A program made the translations under genes and the position numbers. Positions 7,309 to 15,227 of a stretch of DNA of 24,000 nt are shown here, piece by piece; positions within the stretch are counted from its first letter, which is position 1; each line of letters begins with the position of its first letter. The notes below the pieces were generated by a model. It was given only the letters and a program-made list of their open reading frames with translations. It did not search any database and was not told the origin of the DNA. The DNA is from Aliidiomarina sp. (lineage in GTDB: Bacteria > Pseudomonadota > Gammaproteobacteria > Enterobacterales > Alteromonadaceae), in contig NZ_JBLRWZ010000018.1 of NCBI RefSeq assembly GCF_047920995.1, positions 1 to 24,000 of the forward strand, in the 5' to 3' direction.

Positions 7309-9663
7309 ATGCGCCCTACAATACTTTTCTTCTCCAGCCTGCAAAAATGGCTGATATTAGCCATAGCTGGTTCACTATTAATGGCCTGCAATGATGCGGG
7401 CCGTGATCCTATTCTCGGTGCAGATGGCAATGTTGCACTCGCACCAACTGTAGTAATGGTAACGCCGGCGAACAATGCTACCGATGTTACTATTACGGAT
7501 CCTACAATAACCGCTGAATTCAGCGTTCCGGTAGCCAGTTTGAGCGCTGCCAACTTCACAGTAACATGCGCAAGCCCCTGTACAGCGCCCTCTGGCACCA
7601 TTGAAATGAATTCGGCCAATACTGTGGCTACTTTTGTTATCGCTGAATCTGACATCCTAGAGCCACTCACTGAATATACCGCTACCATCCATACTGCCGC
7701 TAGCAGCGAAACTGGCATCGCCATGGATAGCCCGTACATTTGGCGATTCACCACCGGGGCTGCTCCGATTGTTGATGAGGAAGAAGAAGAGGAGGACGTG
7801 CTTCCACCCCCACCGCCTCCTGCACCAACCGTAATCATGGTAACTCCGGAAAACAATGCAACGAATGTTGATATCGCAAACCCAGCTATAACGGCCGAGT
7901 TCAACGAGCCGGTAGATAGCTTAACCGATGCTGATTTTACGGTTACATGCGCAAGCCCGTGTACGAATGCCTCTGGCACCATTGAAATGAGTGAAGAAAA
8001 TACCTTCGTAACTTTCAACATTGCCGAGTTTGATACTCTTGAACCACTCACTGAATATACGGCCACCATTTATAATGCTACTAGCAGCGAAAGCGGCGTA
8101 ACGATGCAAGACCCGTATATTTGGGAATTCACAACTGGCCGTACGCCAGATACAACTCGCCCACGGGTGGTTGCAACAAATCCGCTAACAACAGATCCAG
8201 GCCCTACTCCAAATGTTCCAGCTAACACGGTTATTTCCGCTGCATTTAGCGAAGAGATGTTAGCTACCACGATCAATGATACGAGCTTTATTGTTACCTG
8301 TGAGTTGCCATGTGCATCACCTGCAGGCGCCGTGTCATATGTGTCTGGATCTAACAGTGCTGTATTTACACCAGAAGAAAACCTTGCTGAAGGCGCAACA
8401 TACACCGCTACAGTTACTAGTGACGTTACCGATTTAGCGGGTAATCGGCTTGCTGGTAACCAAGCCCCTAGCACAAGTGCTAGTGATTACATCTGGGCAT
8501 TCACTACGATGGCAGCCATTGAGCCAGAGTTTATTTCTATCCTCTCTACCGATCCAATTGATGGTGGTGTAATTGCGGTTTGTGAGAACGCCAGTATTAA
8601 TGCAACCTTCGATATACCTTCTGGCCTGCGCCTTAATCCAGAAACCGTTAACAACATGACCTTTCTGATTGTTGAAAACAACGAACCAACGAATACCGTA
8701 GCCGCTGAATCTATCAAAGTTGATTTAGATACCGGCACCATCATTACCTTTATTCCAGAAAGCGACCTCGTGGAAGGCATGATTTACCGCGCTACGATCG
8801 TAGGTGGAGAAAATGGCGTGAAAGATCTAATGCTTCCTGGCAATCAACTGGAAGAAGATTTCGTTTGGACCTTTACATCAGAAGAGCCTGTTGATGGCTG
8901 TTTACAACCAGCGGATCTTGGCAGTGCTGCACCATTTGGTACATTCGGTGGCAGTGCAGGCGTAACCAATCAGGGTTTACTCACCATTATTAATGGCGAT
9001 TTAGGCACTACGGCTACATCAACATTAGTAACTGGTTTTGTTTCTGAGCCTGGCTGTGAATATACCATTACAACGTTAAATGAAGGCCAAGTGAACGGTA
9101 AAATCTTTACCGCGCCACCGCCGCCAACCGTTGCTTGCCCGCAAGATGGTACTGCAGCTACCGAGGCCATCGCGATTCAGGCGCGCCTTGATGCTGAAGC
9201 GGCATTCATCGCGCTTTCACCTGCCAATATGCCAGGTGGACAAGATCCAGGTAATGATAATCTTGGCAGTCTTACCTTAACGCCAGGTATTTATACCGCC
9301 CCAAGTGGCTCATTCATGATCCAAGGTGGCGACCTAACCTTAGATGCGCAAGGTAATCAAAATGCCGTATGGGTTTTCCAAATGGCAACCACGCTTACGG
9401 TAGGCGGCCCCGGTGCTGATTTCCCACAAAGTGTAACGCTTATCAATGGCGCTCAAGCAAAGAACATCTTCTGGCAAGTTGGCAGCGCAGCAACAATTAA
9501 TGCAGCAGGTGGTGGCACCATGAAAGGCACCATAATCGCGCAAGATGGCGTGAGCATTTCAACCGCTGGCAACGTGAACATCGTTACTTTAGATGGTAGA
9601 GCGTTGTCGCTTACCGCCTCGGTTACGGTTGTAAATACCGTGATTAACGTACCTGCAGAGTAA
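7309..9663 (+). CDS. Surface lipoprotein with four Big_5 (SbsA-type Ig-like) domains and a C-terminal DUF3494 ice-binding-protein-like beta-solenoid domain
   Basis: 784 aa with a signal peptide and lipobox (SLLMA|C27). There are four roughly 105-aa Ig-like modules ending in (Y/F)(I/V)WxFT(T/S). The C-terminal domain matches the DUF3494 pattern: LGSAAPFGTFGGSAGVTNQG..INGDLGTT, LTLTPGIYTA, LTLDAQGNQNAVWVFQ, AKNIFWQVGSAATI, GTIIAQDGVSI, LDGRALSLTASVTV. Confidence 0.9.
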   Translation: MRPTILFFSSLQKWLILAIAGSLLMACNDAGRDPILGADGNVALAPTVVMVTPANNATDVTITDPTITAEFSVPVASLSAANFTVTCASPCTAPSGTIEMNSANTVATFVIAESDILEPLTEYTATIHTAASSETGIAMDSPYIWRFTTGAAPIVDEEEEEEDVLPPPPPPAPTVIMVTPENNATNVDIANPAITAEFNEPVDSLTDADFTVTCASPCTNASGTIEMSEENTFVTFNIAEFDTLEPLTEYTATIYNATSSESGVTMQDPYIWEFTTGRTPDTTRPRVVATNPLTTDPGPTPNVPANTVISAAFSEEMLATTINDTSFIVTCELPCASPAGAVSYVSGSNSAVFTPEENLAEGATYTATVTSDVTDLAGNRLAGNQAPSTSASDYIWAFTTMAAIEPEFISILSTDPIDGGVIAVCENASINATFDIPSGLRLNPETVNNMTFLIVENNEPTNTVAAESIKVDLDTGTIITFIPESDLVEGMIYRATIVGGENGVKDLMLPGNQLEEDFVWTFTSEEPVDGCLQPADLGSAAPFGTFGGSAGVTNQGLLTIINGDLGTTATSTLVTGFVSEPGCEYTITTLNEGQVNGKIFTAPPPPTVACPQDGTAATEAIAIQARLDAEAAFIALSPANMPGGQDPGNDNLGSLTLTPGIYTAPSGSFMIQGGDLTLDAQGNQNAVWVFQMATTLTVGGPGADFPQSVTLINGAQAKNIFWQVGSAATINAAGGGTMKGTIIAQDGVSISTAGNVNIVTLDGRALSLTASVTVVNTVINVPAE
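7441..8139 (+). repeat. Intragenic tandem duplication: two 318-nt Ig-like-domain copies (7441-7758 and 7822-8139), period 381 nt, separated by an acidic/proline linker
   Basis: Copy 1 reads APTVVMVTPANNATDV...TCASPCTAPSGTIEM...EPLTEYTATI...PYIWRFTTG. Copy 2 reads APTVIMVTPENNATNV...TCASPCTNASGTIEM...EPLTEYTATI...PYIWEFTTG. The linker is DEEEEEEDVLPPPPPPAP (about 7774-7821). Confidence 0.85.
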
Positions 9664-9698
9664 TAGATAAAGCGCACACGCTTTTAGTGGAGAACAAA

Positions 9699-11144
9699 AT
9701 GAAAACGATTATAAAAACACAGGCGATTGTTACTCTTGCTCTACTTGGCATCACAATGCCAGCTCTAGCAACCGAACAAAACCGATGGTACTTCGGCGCA
9801 GGCGGTGGGCTTACGCTCGCCAACATCGCCCAGCAAGAAATTATTGCCGACCTACTTGGGGCCGGTTATGAAACAACTGAGTTTCGCGATAACGATAGTG
9901 ATTTCGGTTACAAGCTCTATGTAGGTTACCAATTCAACCCATACCTCGCTCTTGAAGGGGGGTATTTTGATCTTGGTGAATTTGATTACACCGCAACTAC
10001 CATTCCCGCGGGCACTAAAACCGGCTCCTTGAGTTTTAGTGGTTGGAATATGGATGCAGTAGGAACAATTACATTAACCGAGCGCTCTTCACTGATCGCC
10101 CGGGTGGGTTTGCATGAAGGCACAACAAAAACCCAATTCGCCGGCACAGGCGCGGTTAACGTGCTGAACTCGGATTATCGCAACAAAGACATTGATTACA
10201 AAATTGGTGTTGGCTATCAATATAAAGTAAATGATGCTTGGAGCTTACGCTTAGAAGCGGAACGTTTTCGTATTGATGATGCTGTGGGCAATACCGGCCA
10301 TGTAGATCTGTATTCACTGAATGTGGTTTACCGCTTTGGTACTCGTAAACATGCGCCAGTAGCCGCAACCCCGCCGCCGCCAGTACAACAGCCCGCGCCG
10401 CGTCCAATAGCAGTAGCAACTGAGCAATACTGCAGCGAACTGGGTATCCAATTTGAGATTGGTAATGAAAATATTGAGCGAGTAAACCGAGAGCCAATCT
10501 TAGTTCTTGCTACATTCTTAGAAAAGTACCCTGATACTACTGCAATCATTCAAGGGCATACCGATAACGTTGGTACCGCAGCTGATAATCAGCGTTTATC
10601 TGAGCAGCGTGCAAGTAGCCTACGCAATTACTTAATAGGTGAGCATGGCATTAACGCAAGCCGCTTAACGGCCGTTGGCTTCGGTGAAAGCCAGCCGATT
10701 GCCAGCAATAGCACCACCCAGGGGCAACAAGCGAATCGCCGAATTAACACCGTAATTGATTGTGCTACCGATATTGCTGGCCTCAGCACACTGCCAGCGC
10801 GCACAACATTGGCGATGGCACTTGAATTCGAGGTAGAAAGTTCAGCTGTGCAATCGAAGTATCATTTACAATTAGAAAGCGTTGCAAAATATATGCAACT
10901 CAACCCTGATGTGATGGTTACGCTCGAAGGGCATACCGACAATGCGAATCCTGCTACTGCGCAAAGAATATCGCAAGAACGAGCACAAAGCGTAGCGGAT
11001 TATCTTGTGCGAACGCTTAAAGTTGATCGTTCACGTTTGCATGTTGAAGGGTTCGGTGCAACACGCCGCGATACATACAATATCACTGCTTCGCACCGCC
11101 AAGAAAATCGCCGTGTAAATATCGTAATTGGTTACCCTAACTAA
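9699..11144 (+). CDS. OmpA family outer-membrane protein: N-terminal beta-barrel, Pro-rich hinge, two tandem OmpA_C peptidoglycan-binding domains
   Basis: I prefer the ATG at 9699 (MKTIIK...) because GGAG lies 6 nt upstream; the track start at 9687 is a GTG inside that RBS. The signal peptide ends ALA|TEQ. Barrel strands are visible (YFGAGGGLT, YVGYQFNPYLALEGGYFDLG, IGVGYQYKV, LNVVYRF). The hinge is PPPPVQQPAPRP. The first OmpA_C domain has GHTDNVGTAADNQRLSEQRA...VGFGESQP and the second has GHTDNANPATAQRISQERA...EGFGA. It lies 35 nt downstream of the lipoprotein gene. Confidence 0.9.
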   Translation: MKTIIKTQAIVTLALLGITMPALATEQNRWYFGAGGGLTLANIAQQEIIADLLGAGYETTEFRDNDSDFGYKLYVGYQFNPYLALEGGYFDLGEFDYTATTIPAGTKTGSLSFSGWNMDAVGTITLTERSSLIARVGLHEGTTKTQFAGTGAVNVLNSDYRNKDIDYKIGVGYQYKVNDAWSLRLEAERFRIDDAVGNTGHVDLYSLNVVYRFGTRKHAPVAATPPPPVQQPAPRPIAVATEQYCSELGIQFEIGNENIERVNREPILVLATFLEKYPDTTAIIQGHTDNVGTAADNQRLSEQRASSLRNYLIGEHGINASRLTAVGFGESQPIASNSTTQGQQANRRINTVIDCATDIAGLSTLPARTTLAMALEFEVESSAVQSKYHLQLESVAKYMQLNPDVMVTLEGHTDNANPATAQRISQERAQSVADYLVRTLKVDRSRLHVEGFGATRRDTYNITASHRQENRRVNIVIGYPN

Positions 11145-11162
11145 TTACTGCCGATTATGAAT

Positions 11163-11205
11163 AAAAACGTGTGTTGAGGAATCATTCCCAACACACGTTT
11201 TTTTT
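11163..11205. terminator. Bidirectional rho-independent terminator between convergent genes
   Basis: The sequence is AAAAA-CGTGTGTTGaGGAATcATTCCcCAACACACG-TTTTTTTT. It forms a long interrupted stem flanked by an A-run and a T-run. Confidence 0.85.
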
Positions 11206-11212
11206 GCTTGAG

Positions 11213-11962
11213 TTAGTAGTTAGGTGTGTAGTGCAATAATCGATTGCATTCTACTTTAACAACCTCATAGCACTCACAGCTTAGCTTCTCGAGCGCTGGC
11301 CGATTGATTATGGTTAAACAGCCTCGATGATATTCAATAATACCCGCTTTTTGTAATTTTCCTGCCGCTACCGATACCCCTTCCCTGCGCACTCCTAACA
11401 TATTAGCAATGAGCTCTTGGGTCATGGTAAGTACGTTGGTTGGAATTCTATCGAGTGATAACAACAACCATCGGCACAATTGTTGATCCACAGAGTGGTG
11501 GCGATTACATACCGCAGTTTGCGCCATCTGGGTCATGAGCGATTGCGTATAGAGCAGAAATAGGGAGCGGAATTCCTTGCTTCGATCAAATTCCTCTTTT
11601 AACACCTGAGCAGGCAACCGATAAGCCGCGCCTGCACTTTGCACTACTGCTCGATGTGGCGTGCTATCACCACCCAAAAAGAGTGATTTGCCCATCATGC
11701 CATCATTACCGATAACCGAAATCTCTGCTGAATCACCGTTTTCCATCACATAAACCAATGAGATTATTGAGTTAGTTGGGAAAATAGCATATTTAATTTT
11801 TTCGCCAGATTCATATAGCGATTCCCCCAGCGGTAAATCCACTACTTCTAAATGTGGCTTTATCCGTACTTTCACCATTTCGGGTAACGCACTCAATAAG
11901 TAGTTTTGTTCGCATGTTGATTCTGGAAACTCCCCGTTGTCCATCATCTGTATTGAATCCAT
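11213..11962 (-). CDS. Crp/Fnr family transcriptional regulator (cNMP-binding domain plus HTH_Crp)
   Basis: The C-terminal HTH reads LTMTQELIANMLGVRREGVSVAAGKLQKAGIIEY, and the N-terminal beta-roll reads IFPTNSIISLVYVMENGDSAEISVIGNDGMMG. There is no N-terminal FNR Cys cluster. The track start at 11977 is TTG, so I prefer the ATG at 11962 (MDSIQ...), with GGGGAA upstream. The start remains uncertain. Confidence 0.85.
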   Translation of the reverse strand: MDSIQMMDNGEFPESTCEQNYLLSALPEMVKVRIKPHLEVVDLPLGESLYESGEKIKYAIFPTNSIISLVYVMENGDSAEISVIGNDGMMGKSLFLGGDSTPHRAVVQSAGAAYRLPAQVLKEEFDRSKEFRSLFLLYTQSLMTQMAQTAVCNRHHSVDQQLCRWLLLSLDRIPTNVLTMTQELIANMLGVRREGVSVAAGKLQKAGIIEYHRGCLTIINRPALEKLSCECYEVVKVECNRLLHYTPNY

Positions 11963-12086
11963 GGAAGATTTCCCCAATGTTGGACAGCACGTTTATATAC
12001 TGGCGGTTCAGTAATTTTGGTGGCTAGTTATACTCGAGTAATACAACAACTACAACGCAAATCAGGCCTTACTTCCACCTTTACGA

Positions 12087-12129
12087 GTTATTAACATTCA
12101 GCTATTAACTTAAGTTATTGTTAAATAAC
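12087..12129. promoter_or_regulatory. Cluster of AT-rich palindromes in the crp-family/gpx divergent intergenic region (candidate operator)
   Basis: There is a perfect 12-bp palindrome TAACTTAAGTTA at 12106-12117. It sits within a 5-4-5 layout, TTAAC-TTAA-GTTAT (12105-12118), as in CRP/FNR-type sites. It overlaps a perfect 6-4-6 inverted repeat GTTATT-gtta-AATAAC at 12114-12129, and GTTATTAAC occurs at 12087-12095. Confidence 0.3.
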
Positions 12130-12279
12130 CCGATAAACGTAGTAACTTCGGGTCATACTTTAGCACCCTGAAATTTTCCAATAACCTCAAGGCAAATGTG
12201 ATCTATATCGTCCATTTTGAACTACTATAAATGCTACTATTTCTTTATTAATGCGTGCTTAATCACGCGTAGGCTTATC

Positions 12280-12936
12280 ATGAAAAATATCGTGCAAAAT
12301 AACCTTACTATGGTGGGTTTTACTGCCCCTACAGCAGCTAAAATTGCAGCATATATGTTGCTACTAGTGCTTGCCGCTTTCGCCTCATTCAATGGGCACG
12401 CCCAAGAACGTTCGGCCTCAAATAGGGCGCAGTTCTCGCAAACCGAACAAGGCTGTTTAGATACGTTTAACCACTCCTTACGTGCACTACACTCTACAGA
12501 ACAGCATGATTTATGCGAGCTTACTAAAGATAAAGTGGTGCTCGTGGTGAATACCGCAAGCCAATGTGGTTACACCGGGCAGTTTGCAGATTTAGAAGCG
12601 CTCTACCAAGAGTATCAATCGCAAGGCCTTGTTATTCTTGGCTTTCCTTCAGATAGCTTTCGCCAAGAGCATGCCGACGAAGCGGCAACCGCTGATGTTT
12701 GCTTTCGTAATTTCGGGGTAAGCTTTCCGATGATGGCCACCTCATCAGTTACAGGTAACAATGCCAACAACATCTTTAAAACACTTACCCAAGCTACTAG
12801 CGAAGCGCCCGGCTGGAACTTTCATAAGTACCTAATTTCTGCGAATGGCGAGCAAGTTACCAGCTTCGCCAGTGCGGTAAAACCTACCAATGGGGTAATA
12901 GTTAAAGCAGTTGAAGAGCTATTAAAAGCGCGGTAA
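12280..12936 (+). CDS. Glutathione peroxidase family protein (Cys-type), exported/periplasmic
   Basis: GPx motifs are present: NTASQCGYTGQF (peroxidatic Cys), LGFPSDSFRQE, WNFHKYL. I prefer the ATG at 12280 (MKNIVQ...), which is followed by a hydrophobic signal/anchor (AAKIAAYMLLLVLAAFASF). The track start at 12217 is TTG. Confidence 0.9.
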   Translation: MKNIVQNNLTMVGFTAPTAAKIAAYMLLLVLAAFASFNGHAQERSASNRAQFSQTEQGCLDTFNHSLRALHSTEQHDLCELTKDKVVLVVNTASQCGYTGQFADLEALYQEYQSQGLVILGFPSDSFRQEHADEAATADVCFRNFGVSFPMMATSSVTGNNANNIFKTLTQATSEAPGWNFHKYLISANGEQVTSFASAVKPTNGVIVKAVEELLKAR

Positions 12937-13007
12937 TTCGTAAAGTTTTTAGTTACCAGAGCGGACACACAAAGCAATGAGCACTGCATATTACCCCCAG
13001 CAAAACA

Positions 13008-13031
13008 GGCAGCTAGTAGCAACTAGCTGCC
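13008..13031 (-). terminator. Hairpin terminator candidate downstream of the Ntn-hydrolase gene
   Basis: A perfect 10-bp stem GGCAGCTAGT/ACTAGCTGCC encloses a 4-nt loop. On the minus strand it is followed by TGTTTTG, a short T tract, and it lies 11 nt after the stop at 13042. Confidence 0.5.
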
Positions 13032-13041
13032 CGCTTATCTG

Positions 13042-14094
13042 CTACAAGCCCTGAAACTCGAATGGCGCTGAAGCTACAAAGTTAGCACTAGCCTCACCTG
13101 CGTAGATTTGCCCCTCATCCAACGCCAGCTTTTTCACCTCAGCGCCAGCACTGAAGTTCACTTTGCTGAAATCTACCCAAACGGTATTTGGCGTAAGTAC
13201 ATTCTCGAAGTAGTACACCAAATTACGCTGATCTGCCACTACGCGCCAACGCGTATTCGATAAGTGTGGCTCTTCTGGCGTGCCGATACCATAGGGTACT
13301 GATACGTTGCGCACTACGCTAAATACACTCGCGGCAGCAATTTGCGGATCGCTCGTTTGCGGAATCATATCTAAATAGTACGAAGCTCGCACAAAACGAT
13401 CAGCCGCTTTACCGGTGCCAGGCAAAAACGCTTTACCAGGTACACTTTGCCAATAGCTCTTTATCGCCAGCTGTTCCGCAAAAGGTGGATCGTTGGTCAT
13501 TACTTGGTAATCGCGGCTATGGTGGATTTCTAACTTACCGCCAATATATTCAAATATGGCGCTATCACCGCTAGCATCTGAGAGTGATAAATGCACAGTG
13601 GTGAACTTATCCGTGCCGGGTATAAAATCAGAAACAATCGCAAAAGGTACGTCGGCAAAAAACTCAACTGCCTCGGCCACGGTAGCAAAGTTATCTAACG
13701 TATACTGTGCCCACGCTGAAATGGTAAGCCCTGGGGCATCGCCGTACTGATCAAATTCTGGATATTCAGAGGCTACTAACCATAACAAGTTGGCTACCAA
13801 ACCTTTTTCATTCATACCATCTGGGGTAGCAATATCCCACGAGCTAGCGGCAACGCTGCCATATTTTGAGCGCCAAGTAATAGAATTTGGCCCTACTTGG
13901 CCATGCCGCTCCATACCACGTGGGAAAATCCATAGGTTGGCGGGAATATCAATTGAGAAATCCATACTGCGGCCAGTAAGCACGGTATCATTTGGGCCTA
14001 AATAAACCAAACGAGTGCAAGCCTCTGCTGGGGTTGGCGAGGCAACAACAGCTGCAAAAATTGCGGCCGCTAGTGTAGAAACAACTTTTTTCAT
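13042..14094 (-). CDS. Secreted linear amide C-N hydrolase, choloylglycine hydrolase / penicillin V acylase family (Ntn hydrolase)
   Basis: 350 aa. The signal peptide MKKVVSTLAAAIFAAVVASPTPAEA is immediately followed by CTRLVY, so Cys would be the new N-terminal nucleophile, as in this family. Conserved stretches include GRSMDF, NEKGL and a C-terminal NTRWRVVAD-type segment. Confidence 0.88.
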   Translation of the reverse strand: MKKVVSTLAAAIFAAVVASPTPAEACTRLVYLGPNDTVLTGRSMDFSIDIPANLWIFPRGMERHGQVGPNSITWRSKYGSVAASSWDIATPDGMNEKGLVANLLWLVASEYPEFDQYGDAPGLTISAWAQYTLDNFATVAEAVEFFADVPFAIVSDFIPGTDKFTTVHLSLSDASGDSAIFEYIGGKLEIHHSRDYQVMTNDPPFAEQLAIKSYWQSVPGKAFLPGTGKAADRFVRASYYLDMIPQTSDPQIAAASVFSVVRNVSVPYGIGTPEEPHLSNTRWRVVADQRNLVYYFENVLTPNTVWVDFSKVNFSAGAEVKKLALDEGQIYAGEASANFVASAPFEFQGL

Positions 14095-14208
14095 ATCAGC
14101 ATACTCTCTATCAATAAGGTTACCCCATTAATAGGTAATAGCTGTTATGGTGTCAAACTGTAATAACCATACTAGAAACATCCAGAAATGAGCCGCAAAA
14201 GGCTGCTT

Positions 14209-14619
14209 TTAGGCTGCAGCCTCAGCGTGGGCTCTGATTTTTGCCACAATTGCGCGTAAGCCATTACCGCGGGTAGGGCTAATATGCTGCTCTAAATCGA
14301 GGGTTTGGAAGTACTGATCAATATCAAAGGCTAAAATTTCGCTCGGTGTACGCTGGTTATATACCGACATCACCAAACCTAATAAACCTTTCACGATCAT
14401 GGCGTCACTATCTACCGAAAATTCCAATTTGCCATCGTTGTTTTTGCTGATTAGCCACACATCGCTTTGGCAACCTTTCACTTTATAGATATCCAGCCGT
14501 TGTTCCGGGCTAAGCGCAGGAAGCGCTTTGCCTAAATCGATAATGTATTCGTAACGATTTTCCCAATCATCGAGAAACTCTAAATCTTCTAAGATTTCTT
14601 CATGGCTTGGTAATTTCAT
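14209..14619 (-). CDS. sufE: Cysteine desulfuration (sulfur acceptor) protein SufE
   Basis: The SufE active-site context KVKGCQSDVWL is present. The ATG at 14619 (MKLPSHEE...) has AGGA 7 nt upstream and gives a typical length of about 136 aa. The track start at 14676 is TTG. Confidence 0.9.
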   Translation of the reverse strand: MKLPSHEEILEDLEFLDDWENRYEYIIDLGKALPALSPEQRLDIYKVKGCQSDVWLISKNNDGKLEFSVDSDAMIVKGLLGLVMSVYNQRTPSEILAFDIDQYFQTLDLEQHISPTRGNGLRAIVAKIRAHAEAAA

Positions 14620-14696
14620 AACGCGTCCTAGTTTATCGATTTCAGTTTTGTACGGAAGGTTGTATACATTCGGCAAGAGCTTTTTAATGGCGGTAG

Positions 14697-15227
14697 TTAA
14701 AAGAACATGCCGGTTTCAAGCTGCGCTTCTTCGCTCATCATTTCGCGAGACCAGGCTGGGTCAAACACAAGATCAACTTGCACATCACGCACATTCGGTA
14801 CCATCGCTACGCGTAATTCCACATCGCCAACGAGTACCGGCCCCATGCCACAACCGGGAGCTGTGAGCGTCATCTCAATATTCACAATGCCGGTATCTTG
14901 ATGGATATCTACCTTATAGATCAGCCCCAAAGATACGAGGTTAATGGGAATTTCTGGGTCGTAGATACTTTCTAGCGCTTCCCAAACCTGATCCGGATTA
15001 ATGTTGCCATCACCGGCATCTTCGAAATCCAGCACCAGTGCTTGGCGGCCAATCGCATCGGCATCAGTGCCATCAATGCGGTACATATTACCTTTCCAAG
15101 TTACGGTATAATTACCGCCTAACTCTTGGGTAAGGGTAACGAATTCGCCTTGTGGTATTATTTGTTTCTCGCCTTGCGGCACGCGCCGAGCACGCACCTC
15201 ACGCGAGGTAGCCATCATTTTTTGCAT
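14697..15227 (-). CDS. sufT: Fe-S cluster assembly protein SufT (long DUF59/MIP18 family)
   Basis: 176 aa with a C-terminal DUF59 core (IYDPEIPINLVSLGLIY, LTAPGCGMGP). Its ATG overlaps the sufA stop (TAATG). The position inside the suf operon supports the call. Confidence 0.85.
   Translation of the reverse strand: MQKMMATSREVRARRVPQGEKQIIPQGEFVTLTQELGGNYTVTWKGNMYRIDGTDADAIGRQALVLDFEDAGDGNINPDQVWEALESIYDPEIPINLVSLGLIYKVDIHQDTGIVNIEMTLTAPGCGMGPVLVGDVELRVAMVPNVRDVQVDLVFDPAWSREMMSEEAQLETGMFF

Noticed and set aside
7290-8069. 259-aa minus-strand ORF with a GGGGGGSTSSSSSSSS tract and an internal repeat
   Set aside because: It lies entirely antisense to the well-supported lipoprotein gene. Its low-complexity tract is the reverse complement of the Glu/Pro linker, and its internal repeat mirrors the Ig-domain duplication. 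It is a shadow ORF with no family resemblance.
8890-9663. Claiming the DUF3494 domain is a functional antifreeze / ice-binding protein
   Set aside because: Family membership is well supported. However, ice binding cannot be inferred from sequence alone, and many DUF3494 proteins come from non-cold organisms. I therefore report it as ice-binding-like only.
8070-9677. Series of minus-strand ORFs (8070-8474, 8487-8780, 8970-9170, 9340-9543, 9453-9677)
   Set aside because: All are antisense to the DUF3494 lipoprotein CDS and have no recognisable motifs. They are typical shadow frames of a Thr/Ala/Gly/Val-rich gene.
11213-11962. Calling the Crp-family regulator an FNR (oxygen sensor) orthologue
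   Set aside because: The N-terminus has a single Cys rather than the Cys cluster that ligates the FNR [4Fe-4S] centre. No TTGAT-N4-ATCAA box is visible in the adjacent intergenic region.
12217-12279. N-terminal extension of the glutathione peroxidase ORF (track start at 12217)
   Set aside because: The codon at 12217 is TTG, and the extension (NYYKCYYFFINACLITRRLI) is AT-rich junk-like sequence. The ATG at 12280 begins a normal signal/anchor sequence.
14620-14676. N-terminal extension of sufE (track start at 14676); similar extensions for the OmpA gene (9687) and the crp-family gene (11977)
   Set aside because: These track starts are TTG or GTG codons. Internal ATGs with better-placed purine-rich RBSs give family-typical lengths: sufE at 14619, ompA-family at 9699, crp-family at 11962.
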